Source of the DNA: Phascolarctobacterium sp.
GTDB lineage: Bacteria > Bacillota > Negativicutes > Acidaminococcales > Acidaminococcaceae
DNA: 64,000 nt
Direction: 5' to 3'
Assembly: GCA_030523325.1 (NCBI GenBank)
Contig: JAUNIS010000001.1
Coordinates: 70,251 to 134,250, forward strand
Shown here piece by piece: positions 42,071 through 50,432 of the stretch. The translations under genes and the position numbers were made by a program. The notes under the pieces were generated by a model. That model ran no database searches. It was not told the origin of the DNA and saw nothing but the letters and a program-made list of their open reading frames with translations. The stretch's first letter is position 1. Each line of letters begins with the position of its first letter.

Positions 42071-43208
42071 CCTCCATGCGAATTTTTACAGGACCAGCTG
42101 TAGTAATATCGCCTTTAGCGTAAGCGTTAATAATAAAGCGGCCTTTTGATTTTCTCATGGCTTGCGTTGCCTCTAAGACTGCAGGCATATCCATATTACC
42201 AACCTTGCCGGTTAATGGATCTGGTAATACACCAGAAGCAACAGCCGTACGATTAACCTCTTGTAAGAAGTCCATCATAACTAAATCGTAATTATTATCG
42301 CCGTTCAAATTATATTCCTTGCTAATCATCAAAGATTTATCCGGGAAGATAAATTGATTTTCAGTCATTTCGATTTCGCAAACAGCAAGCTCACCAACGA
42401 TAATATTGGCAGCAGCACGGACACGATAAAGCATGTTACCCTTGCTATTGTCCAAACGTTTAACGGCATCATTAACTGCGTTGGCACTAATCCAAATCGC
42501 TTGCACGTTTTTATCTTCAGGAACCTGCACATGCAATCGTTCTAATGTTGCTTGGTTCGCATTTTTTAAAAGCCAATTAACTTGAGCGACATTTTGATCG
42601 TGCTTAAGACCTGCACGCATGACTGCTTGATGAATAATTTCTCCCGCACGATAGTACACTTGACCCTCGCGCATGTTTACGATACCTTGACGTAATTGCT
42701 CGGTAACTTTTTCTAAATCAGAAACCTCTGTTGTCAAAGTATTTTTTACATCAGTCAAGGAAGCAACCTCGGCCTGGGCTACATCGTATTTGGAATTAAT
42801 TTGATTCAGACGCTCTTCCATCTCATGAGTTGCTTTACTGCTCTCTAAAATTTTTGCGTCCAAATCAGCGATGGTTTTCGTTTGTTCTTCAACCTTGCCT
42901 TGAGCATCGGCAAGCTCAACAGAAGCTTTCTCCTTTTCTTCGTTTAAGGATTTAAGCTCCTCTCTGATTTTATCCATACCGAAAAGGGCAACGCGTGCGC
43001 TTTCAGAGGAAACCGTCATAACGCCAATGGTCAAAACAGAAATTATCACACCACTTAAAACCGTCAGCAAAATGGACGTGTATTTCGGTCTGAGACCAAA
43101 AAGCGTTATTCTTTTTTTACCAATTTTGCTGCCAAGATGATCGGCGATATAAGCGATTAAACCACCGACGATGGCCATGACAATTATTAAACGGATACCA
43201 ACTAACAA
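42054..43208 (-). CDS. DUF3084-like membrane-anchored coiled-coil protein
   Basis: 384 aa. N-terminus IVGGLIAYIADHLGSKIGKKRITLFGLRPKYTSILLTVLSG, a second TM helix, then a long coiled coil and a globular C-terminus. Confidence 0.55.
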   Translation of the reverse strand: MLVGIRLIIVMAIVGGLIAYIADHLGSKIGKKRITLFGLRPKYTSILLTVLSGVIISVLTIGVMTVSSESARVALFGMDKIREELKSLNEEKEKASVELADAQGKVEEQTKTIADLDAKILESSKATHEMEERLNQINSKYDVAQAEVASLTDVKNTLTTEVSDLEKVTEQLRQGIVNMREGQVYYRAGEIIHQAVMRAGLKHDQNVAQVNWLLKNANQATLERLHVQVPEDKNVQAIWISANAVNDAVKRLDNSKGNMLYRVRAAANIIVGELAVCEIEMTENQFIFPDKSLMISKEYNLNGDNNYDLVMMDFLQEVNRTAVASGVLPDPLTGKVGNMDMPAVLEATQAMRKSKGRFIINAYAKGDITTAGPVKIRMEVVPLE

Positions 43209-43255
43209 TTTACTATACCTCTAAGATAGAAAATGTTTGTGAGAGTGAAATATTT

Positions 43256-44341
43256 TTACGCGTTCTTTTGACGCATGAGGTAAACACCAACAATGAGACA
43301 AAGAATATTAGGAATGGAGCACGCCAAAAGAGGTGGAATTGCTCCGCCTTTACCAAGGCCTGTCGTAAAGGTCATGATTGCGTAGTAAATGAAAATGATG
43401 ATAATCGCAATGCCTAAACCAACCGAATTACTCGTCCTTTGTTTTTGTGTGCCCATGGTCGCACCTATGATAGCAAATAAGAAGCTTGCCATGGGAATGC
43501 AGATACGCATATAAATTTCGCACCATTGACGACTGCTGGATTTATGTTGGGATTCAAGGATCTTACTATATTCACGCAGCTCAGCAATGGTCATTTGCTC
43601 CGGTTCCTTTTGTTCCCAGGAAATTTGCTTAGGAGAATAATTCAAGGGAATGATTTGTTCCGTGAATTTTGCTGAACTAGTAATACCTTCTTTGTCATTG
43701 AGTGCAAAAACGTTACCATCAACTACACGCCATTGACCTTTTTCCCAATAACCTTTTTTTGCTGTTTCGATGCGGACGATTTCGCCCTTTTCAAATTCTT
43801 CAACAGTAACGCCTGTCATCTCGCCTTTTTCTTCGTCAAAATTTTTCGCGTAGGTGATGCTTTGGCTATTACCATTGACGGATTTAATAACGACGTGATT
43901 TGTCCCTTTAGGTTTGAGATTGTTTTTAATCTCGTAGTTAAGAATATCAGCAGCCCTGGTCTTAGAAACGGGAACAATTTTCTCCGTCCAAACCATGGAA
44001 AACATACTTACAAGAAAACCTACAACCATTACGGGAGCAACAATACGATAATAGCTTACGCCCCCAGCCTTCATCGCAATAATTTCGCTAGAACCAGATA
44101 GTTTGCCGAAAGCCATGAGAGCTGCTAGCAGCATACTCATAGGAAAAGTATAATTAACAACTTCTGGTAACTGATACATAAAGAGCTTTGCAACTGTTCC
44201 TACAGAAGCACCATATTGTGTTATATATTGAGTTATTCTGTAGAGCATCGTACTGCAAACAATAATACTTGAGAAAGCACAAATGCCAAACACAAAAGGA
44301 TATAATAATTCCTTTAAGACATATTTATCTAATATACGCAA
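43256..44341 (-). CDS. LptF/LptG-family LPS export permease
   Basis: 361 aa, YjgP/YjgQ-like topology: 3 TM, a periplasmic beta-jellyroll-sized insert, then 3 TM. Immediately downstream of lptB. Confidence 0.8.
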   Translation of the reverse strand: MRILDKYVLKELLYPFVFGICAFSSIIVCSTMLYRITQYITQYGASVGTVAKLFMYQLPEVVNYTFPMSMLLAALMAFGKLSGSSEIIAMKAGGVSYYRIVAPVMVVGFLVSMFSMVWTEKIVPVSKTRAADILNYEIKNNLKPKGTNHVVIKSVNGNSQSITYAKNFDEEKGEMTGVTVEEFEKGEIVRIETAKKGYWEKGQWRVVDGNVFALNDKEGITSSAKFTEQIIPLNYSPKQISWEQKEPEQMTIAELREYSKILESQHKSSSRQWCEIYMRICIPMASFLFAIIGATMGTQKQRTSNSVGLGIAIIIIFIYYAIMTFTTGLGKGGAIPPLLACSIPNILCLIVGVYLMRQKNA

Positions 44342-44352
44342 TGTCCTTCCTC

Positions 44353-45072
44353 CTACTCTTCAAAAGTTTTGCCCAAATAGAATTCTTTAGCAATTGGGTC
44401 TTTCTTAATTTCTTCTGGGGTGCCTTCGGATAAAATTTTTCCTTCGGCCAAAATATAAGCCCTGTCAACGATATTCAAGGTTTCGCGTACGTTATGGTCA
44501 GTGATTAAGACGCCAATACCACGTTTAGACAAATGCGTTACCATTTCTTGAATGCCTTGCACGGCAATTGGGTCGATGCCTGCAAATGGTTCGTCCAAAA
44601 GAATGAAGGCTGGATCAGTTGCAAGAGCGCGGGCAATCTCAACGCGACGTCTTTCACCGCCTGATAAAGCTCTGCCTTCACTTTTGCGTACGTGCAGTAA
44701 ATTGAATTCTTCTAAAAGGCTCTCCATTTTAGCTTTACGTTCTTCGCTATTAAGATTGGTCGTCTCAAGAATTGCCATAAGATTATCTTCCACACTCAAC
44801 TTAGAGAAAACAGATGCTTCTTGAGGAAGATAACCAATACCAATGCGAGCTCTTTCATGCATAGCGAGCTTAGAAATCTCTTGTCCATCTAAAAGTACAG
44901 CGCCTTCGTCGGGCTTTTCAATGCCGACAATCATATAGAAGGTAGTAGTCTTGCCTGCACCGTTAGGTCCTAAGAGACCCACAACAGTTCCTTGTTCGAC
45001 ATAAATGCTGATGCCTTGTACGACTTGACGACCCACATATGATTTTACTAATTTATCGGTTTTAATAATCAA
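44353..45072 (-). CDS. lptB: LPS export ABC transporter ATP-binding protein
   Basis: 239 aa with [24 protein letters not shown] and [12 protein letters not shown]. Confidence 0.9.
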   Translation of the reverse strand: MIIKTDKLVKSYVGRQVVQGISIYVEQGTVVGLLGPNGAGKTTTFYMIVGIEKPDEGAVLLDGQEISKLAMHERARIGIGYLPQEASVFSKLSVEDNLMAILETTNLNSEERKAKMESLLEEFNLLHVRKSEGRALSGGERRRVEIARALATDPAFILLDEPFAGIDPIAVQGIQEMVTHLSKRGIGVLITDHNVRETLNIVDRAYILAEGKILSEGTPEEIKKDPIAKEFYLGKTFEE

Positions 45073-45089
45073 GTTTTTGTCCTCCGTAC

Positions 45090-45854
45090 TTAGGCGATGG
45101 ATTCTTTATTTTTTGCTTTCTTAGAAGGTTTTTCTTCAGTAGCCGGCTGTTCTTTAGGAACATAATGAATCTTAACATCTCCGTCAGCATAAGCCACGTT
45201 AGAATTATTCAAACGTAATTTTTTCCCTTTAACGGTATTACCGTCTTGAGTTGCCGTTGCGTTGCCGATGAGTTCTACGTAACCATTTGCTTTATCGGTT
45301 AAATAAACTGCACTGTCAGAGCTTGCAGTTAAATTTCTTGCAGGACTATCTATTGTTACACCGCCATAAGCCTTAGCAATGCCGTCCTTCATGTTGTAAT
45401 CAATTTTAGCTGCGTTTAAAACACTACCATCACTGTCTCTTAATTTTGCCCAGCTGCCAACAGTCTCAGCGAATTGACGAGACTTAGAATAATCAATACG
45501 GTCAGCAGAAATGCTACGACCAGCTTTTGTTACAACAGCTCCACCAATTGCCGATACATCGTTTTCGTTGTGAGCGATGAATTCGCTGCAAACGATATGC
45601 TCGTCGCCTCTATCAGCAACGACATTGCCTGTTAAAACGCCGGATTTTGTTTTACTATTAAATTTAGCGCTATTGCAAGTGGATGTGCCACCATCTTGAG
45701 TTATAACCACATTACCCTTCGCAGTGCCATCACCAGTTTTCAAATTGTAATCTAATTCATCTGCGCTAACAGAAAAATTACCAGCAGCAAAAGCAAGATT
45801 TGCAAAACTTAAGCAAGCAAATGTTGCCATGCTCAACAAAAATTTTTTCTTCAT
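45090..45854 (-). CDS. lptA: LptA/OstA-N-family periplasmic LPS transport protein
   Basis: 254 aa with a signal peptide and repeated G-N-V/A beta-jellyroll strands ([18 protein letters not shown]). Position between lptC and lptB. Confidence 0.7.
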   Translation of the reverse strand: MKKKFLLSMATFACLSFANLAFAAGNFSVSADELDYNLKTGDGTAKGNVVITQDGGTSTCNSAKFNSKTKSGVLTGNVVADRGDEHIVCSEFIAHNENDVSAIGGAVVTKAGRSISADRIDYSKSRQFAETVGSWAKLRDSDGSVLNAAKIDYNMKDGIAKAYGGVTIDSPARNLTASSDSAVYLTDKANGYVELIGNATATQDGNTVKGKKLRLNNSNVAYADGDVKIHYVPKEQPATEEKPSKKAKNKESIA

Positions 45855-45856
45855 CT

Positions 45857-46402
45857 TTATTTTCCACCTTTCTCGACCTTGGCGTGTCCTTTAAGCTTGA
45901 CGTTTTCTAAAGACGTAGTTGTTGTTGCTAAATCAGCTGAAGCTCTGTAATCGTCTTTCGTCATAAGAACATGACCGGTAGCAGTGATTGTTTCTTGGTC
46001 TTGTTTATAATTAATCTTGTCAGTCGTAAGCTCGGCTCCATTAGAGTCCGTAAATTTTACTTTGCCTTCAAGAGTAAAATCATTTTTATTAGCAACAATA
46101 ATTCCTCTATCCGCAACTACGTTGATAGAACTACCGTCCTTGCGATAAACCTTACCTGTGATTCCTTTTAAGATAACTTTATTTCTATCTTTATCGGTAT
46201 CAGCTTCGCCAACGGTGAATTCCCAAAGCTTTTTCCCCTCTGACTCACGGGTAAGCGTAGTATTTTTCATTGTAGAATTCACGGTTGCGGTTACGCCTTT
46301 ACCCGCAGGCACCTTAACGGTTCCTCCAAAAATCAACCAGCAAATAATTGCTCCTGCAAAAACTACAGCAGCACCTACTGCTATGAGTGTTTTCTTATTC
46401 AT
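45857..46402 (-). CDS. lptC: LptC-like membrane-anchored LPS transport protein
   Basis: 181 aa. Single N-terminal TM then a beta-rich domain. Gene order lptC-lptA-lptB. Confidence 0.7.
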   Translation of the reverse strand: MNKKTLIAVGAAVVFAGAIICWLIFGGTVKVPAGKGVTATVNSTMKNTTLTRESEGKKLWEFTVGEADTDKDRNKVILKGITGKVYRKDGSSINVVADRGIIVANKNDFTLEGKVKFTDSNGAELTTDKINYKQDQETITATGHVLMTKDDYRASADLATTTTSLENVKLKGHAKVEKGGK

Positions 46403-47288
46403 TCTCTTTCTCCTCAGGTGGTGTATAGGGAGTATTCCAACGATGCTGGAACCAAATCCAGTTATCTGGATATTCTTTAATAATTTTTTCGACCTCTTGA
46501 GTCATTTTTAAAGTAACATTATAATCGTCAAGCTTCTGGTCCCCAGTAAATTCATAACGAAGTGGATCCTTCACGATTGCCATATGACCGTAACCGTCGG
46601 GCTTACGAATAATAAAAATTGGAATGATAGGTGCTTTAAATTTACGAGCAAAATATGCTGGACCATTAGGAGTAGACGCCATCTTACCAAGGAAGGGAAC
46701 GAAGATTCCATCGTACCCGCCGTCTTGGTCAGCGATAAGCCCAAGCATGCGACCTTTTTTCATCGCACGAGCACAGCCTAAAATTTCGCTAGTGCCGCGA
46801 GAAAAAATTTCTTGACCAACACCGCGTCTCAGTTCGTTCATATAATCGCTGTATACTCGGTTCGGCTGAGGCTTTTCGACTGCGCTTAACGGAAAACCGT
46901 TGAGAGCTAGCGCCGCGCCTAACCATTCCCAGTTGTCCATATGACAAGCTAGCATAACAACGCCTTTTTTCTCCGCAAGAGCATCCCATAAAACCTCGGG
47001 TCGGTCAAAGGTAACGAGACCGCGAATATTATCCTTGTTGAGTGCAGGCATGTAAAGCATCTCCGTAAAGGTAATGCCAAGATTTACAAAAAGTTTTTCA
47101 ATCGTAACGCGTGCTTGCTCATCAGAATAACCCAAGCGCTCTTTAATGGTTTCTTCGGCTCTGATGCGTTGCTTCTTCGCAATTTTATGATACAGATGCC
47201 CTAGGCCCTTACCCAACTTGACGACACAAGAATAAGGCAGAGCACAAATAATGGCACTGATTGTTTTCAACAAATAGTATAACCACAT
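46395..47288 (-). CDS. Lipid A late acyltransferase family (LpxL/HtrB-like, LABLAT), copy 1
   Basis: About 297 aa with the catalytic-like box ACHMDNWEW. ATG at 47288 overlaps the kdsC stop (TAATG). Confidence 0.7.
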   Translation of the reverse strand: MWLYYLLKTISAIICALPYSCVVKLGKGLGHLYHKIAKKQRIRAEETIKERLGYSDEQARVTIEKLFVNLGITFTEMLYMPALNKDNIRGLVTFDRPEVLWDALAEKKGVVMLACHMDNWEWLGAALALNGFPLSAVEKPQPNRVYSDYMNELRRGVGQEIFSRGTSEILGCARAMKKGRMLGLIADQDGGYDGIFVPFLGKMASTPNGPAYFARKFKAPIIPIFIIRKPDGYGHMAIVKDPLRYEFTGDQKLDDYNVTLKMTQEVEKIIKEYPDNWIWFQHRWNTPYTPPEEKENE

Positions 47289-47869
47289 TATTGTTTGTCT
47301 CCTTGTCCACAAGAAGAATAAGCCGTAACTATTCCTTGCCATTTGCCTTGTGAACTTAAAATTCTCTCGATAACCTCGCGCACTGCTCCCTGTCCGCCAT
47401 TTTTTGTGCTAATGTAGTCGGCTGCAGCGAGAACCTCGTGCACTGCATCAGCCGGAGCAAATTTAATACCTGCAGCTCGAAAGGCTGCTAGGTCATTTAA
47501 GTCGTCTCCCATATAAGCAACTTCTTCACGAGAAAGCTTGAGCTCTTTTGCTATACGCATGAGCTCGCTGTATTTATCCTTCACACCTTCTGATAGAAGC
47601 TCAATGCCAAGCTCTTTAGCTCGGTTATGAATGATAGGACTTTTTCGACCAGTAATGATAGCGATAGAAATATCGTTTCTTAAAGCACAGCTAATGCCAA
47701 GACCATCCTTAACATTAAATGCTTTAAAAATTTCACCTTCTGCTCCCATGTTGATGCTGCCATCAGTTAGGACGCCATCAACATCAAGAGCTAAAAGTTT
47801 TATTTTGCTAATCTTTTGATAAACACCAAAGGAGCAAGGAAGCTTCTCTGTTTTTTCAAGAGCAGTCAT
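47288..47869 (-). CDS. kdsC: Kdo-8-phosphate phosphatase (HAD, YrbI family)
   Basis: 193 aa with LLALDVDGVLTDG and YMGDDLNDL. Confidence 0.85.
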   Translation of the reverse strand: MTALEKTEKLPCSFGVYQKISKIKLLALDVDGVLTDGSINMGAEGEIFKAFNVKDGLGISCALRNDISIAIITGRKSPIIHNRAKELGIELLSEGVKDKYSELMRIAKELKLSREEVAYMGDDLNDLAAFRAAGIKFAPADAVHEVLAAADYISTKNGGQGAVREVIERILSSQGKWQGIVTAYSSCGQGDKQ

Positions 47870-48855
47870 TATACAACACCTTGTCTTACAAGATCGGTCA
47901 TATGTAATAAACCAATTACTTTCATATCCGCATCAACAACAGGAAGAACTGTGATGGGTTTCGGTTTATTGCTTTCCATTAAATGTAATGCTTGAGCAGC
48001 AAGCTTATCTTCAGTAATATATTTAGGAGCTTTGGTCATAAGCTCCGTTACAGGACGCTTAAGGAAATCAACACCTTGACGCAGACCACGACGAATATCT
48101 CCATCAGTTAAGACGCCACACATCTTGCCGTCTTCATCAACAACACTTACTGCACCAAGACCTTTGTCAGTGATAACAAAGAGAGCTTCTTGTACGGTTG
48201 TCTCGCCAAGGACGATTGGATTCTCTTCACCCTTGTGCATGATATTGCCAACGGTCAATAGTAACTTACGACCAAGGGACCCACCTGGATGGAAAATTGC
48301 AAATTGACTTGCTGTGAAATTTCTCTTGCTTAAAAGAGCGAGAGCCATGGCATCACCATAAGCAAGAGCTGCTGTCGTACTAGAGGTAGGTGCAAGTCCT
48401 AAGGGACAAGCCTCTTTGCTAACGCCAACATTCAGCACGATGTCAGAATTTTTTGCCAAGGTTGAAGTAGGATTGCCGACCATAGCAATAATTTTTGCAC
48501 CGATGCGACGCAAGGATGGAAGAATATTTAAAACTTCCCCCGTCTCACCACTATTAGACAAAGCGATAACAACATCGTGACAGGTTACCATACCTAAATC
48601 ACCGTGAATTGCTTCAGCAGGATGCAAAAAGAAAGAAGGAGTGCCAGTGCTTGCCATCGTCGCAGCCATCTTTGCACCGATGAGACCTGACTTGCCCATA
48701 CCGGTAATTACTGTGCGACCCTCACAATTCAAAATCATTTGAATTGCTTGAGCGAAATTATCGTCAACGCGAGGAATAAGTTCTAAAACTGCCTCCGCTT
48801 CTAAACGCAGAACCTCTTGAGCATGCGCTAGCATTGCTTCCATTAGTGAATCCAC
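47869..48855 (-). CDS. kdsD: Arabinose-5-phosphate isomerase (SIS plus tandem CBS)
   Basis: 328 aa with GMGKSGLIGAKMAATMASTG and HPGGSLG, plus a CBS pair at the C-terminus. Confidence 0.9.
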   Translation of the reverse strand: MDSLMEAMLAHAQEVLRLEAEAVLELIPRVDDNFAQAIQMILNCEGRTVITGMGKSGLIGAKMAATMASTGTPSFFLHPAEAIHGDLGMVTCHDVVIALSNSGETGEVLNILPSLRRIGAKIIAMVGNPTSTLAKNSDIVLNVGVSKEACPLGLAPTSSTTAALAYGDAMALALLSKRNFTASQFAIFHPGGSLGRKLLLTVGNIMHKGEENPIVLGETTVQEALFVITDKGLGAVSVVDEDGKMCGVLTDGDIRRGLRQGVDFLKRPVTELMTKAPKYITEDKLAAQALHLMESNKPKPITVLPVVDADMKVIGLLHMTDLVRQGVV

Positions 48856-48860
48856 CTTTC

Positions 48861-49679
48861 TTAACCACGAACGATTTTATCAATAGCAAGAACATCTTGC
48901 AGTAATTTTTTCAGATTGTCTAACTGAACCATGTTAGGACCATCCGACAAAGCTTCAGCGGGATTGTCGTGTACTTCAAGGAAAAGAACATCGATACCGA
49001 TTGCGGCTGCCGCGCGAGCCATATGAGGAACGTATTGACTTTGACCGCCGCTTGACGTACCTTGACCGCCAGGAATTTGTACGCTATGTGTTGCATCCAT
49101 AACTACAGGATAACCTAGCTCACGCATAATAGCGAGACCACGCATATCGGTTACGAGCGTATTGTAACCAAAGGATGCACCGCGTTCAGTCAGCATTAAA
49201 TTATAATTGCCAGCTTCTTCAACCTTCTTGATAACATTTTTCATGTCCCAAGGAGCTAAGAATTGACCTTTTTTTACATTAATTGTCTTGCCGGTTTTTG
49301 CCGCTGCGTAAACCAAATCGGTTTGGCGACATAAAAAGGCAGGAATTTGCAAAATATCTACGACTTCAGCAGCCTTGTCGCATTGCCAAGGCTCGTGAAT
49401 ATCAGTTACAACTGGAACGCCCAAATCTTTTTTGATTTGCGCTAAAATTTTCAAGCCTTCTTCAATACCAGGACCACGGAAGGAAGAAATGCTTGAACGA
49501 TTTGCTTTATCAAAGGATGCCTTGAATACGTAAGGGATGCCAAGCTCGTCGCAAATAGCTTTTGTTCTTTGACCAATCATCAAGCTGCGTTCGTATCCTT
49601 CTAAAACACAGGGACCAGCCATTAACATTAAAGGATGACCTTGACCAACCTCGTAATCAGCAACTTTTACAATATGCAT
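48861..49679 (-). CDS. kdsA: 3-deoxy-8-phosphooctulonate (Kdo8P) synthase
   Basis: 272 aa with [24 protein letters not shown] and DATHSVQ. Confidence 0.9.
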   Translation of the reverse strand: MHIVKVADYEVGQGHPLMLMAGPCVLEGYERSLMIGQRTKAICDELGIPYVFKASFDKANRSSISSFRGPGIEEGLKILAQIKKDLGVPVVTDIHEPWQCDKAAEVVDILQIPAFLCRQTDLVYAAAKTGKTINVKKGQFLAPWDMKNVIKKVEEAGNYNLMLTERGASFGYNTLVTDMRGLAIMRELGYPVVMDATHSVQIPGGQGTSSGGQSQYVPHMARAAAAIGIDVLFLEVHDNPAEALSDGPNMVQLDNLKKLLQDVLAIDKIVRG

Positions 49680-49696
49680 GAATTACCTCCTCAGGA

Positions 49697-50431
49697 TTAT
49701 TCTTCCATTTGCGAAAAAATTTCATTTACTCTTGCTAAATCTTCTGGAGTATCAACGCCAACACCTTGGAAATCGCTTTCAAGAACTTTAATCTTGTAGC
49801 CATTTTCTAAAGCGCGGAGCTGTTCCAAGCTTTCGGCTCTTTCAAGAGGAGTCGGAGTCAGGACTGCGTATTTCAAAAGGAAATCGCGACGATATGCGTA
49901 GATACCCACATGCTTGAAGACTTTGTAATCGTCCGGCTTGTTTCTCGGATAAGGGATTTGACTACGAGAAAAATAGAGAGCATATCCGCTTAAATCGGTT
50001 ACAACCTTAACCGCAGCAGGATTTGAGTAATCTTCCTCTTGCATCTCTACCTTTAATGTTGCCATAGAAAGATTATCGTCGTCTTCAAAAGCATTGGCTA
50101 AATCATCAATGACTTCAGGAGGAATCATAGGCTCGTCGCCTTGCACATTGACAATGACATCAACGTCTGGATAATTAAGAGCCACCTCGGCCAAACGATC
50201 GGTGCCGCTTGGATGGTCAGGGCTCGTCATAAGCACATTTCCCCCAAATGCCTTCACGGCATTGAAAACAAGCTCATGGTCTGTAGCAACAACAACCTCT
50301 GAGGGAACATCAGCCTTGCAAGCTTGTTCATAGACACGTTGAATCATCGGCTTGCCGCAAATCATGGATAGGGGCTTGCCGGGTAGTCTTGTGGATGCAT
50401 AACGAGCGGGAATTACACAGATAACTTTCAT
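49697..50431 (-). CDS. kdsB: CMP-Kdo synthetase
   Basis: MKVICVIPARYASTRLPGKPL start and VNVQGDEP. ATG at 50431, 1 nt after the stop of the upstream gene. Confidence 0.9.
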   Translation of the reverse strand: MKVICVIPARYASTRLPGKPLSMICGKPMIQRVYEQACKADVPSEVVVATDHELVFNAVKAFGGNVLMTSPDHPSGTDRLAEVALNYPDVDVIVNVQGDEPMIPPEVIDDLANAFEDDDNLSMATLKVEMQEEDYSNPAAVKVVTDLSGYALYFSRSQIPYPRNKPDDYKVFKHVGIYAYRRDFLLKYAVLTPTPLERAESLEQLRALENGYKIKVLESDFQGVGVDTPEDLARVNEIFSQMEE

Positions 50432-50432
50432 T

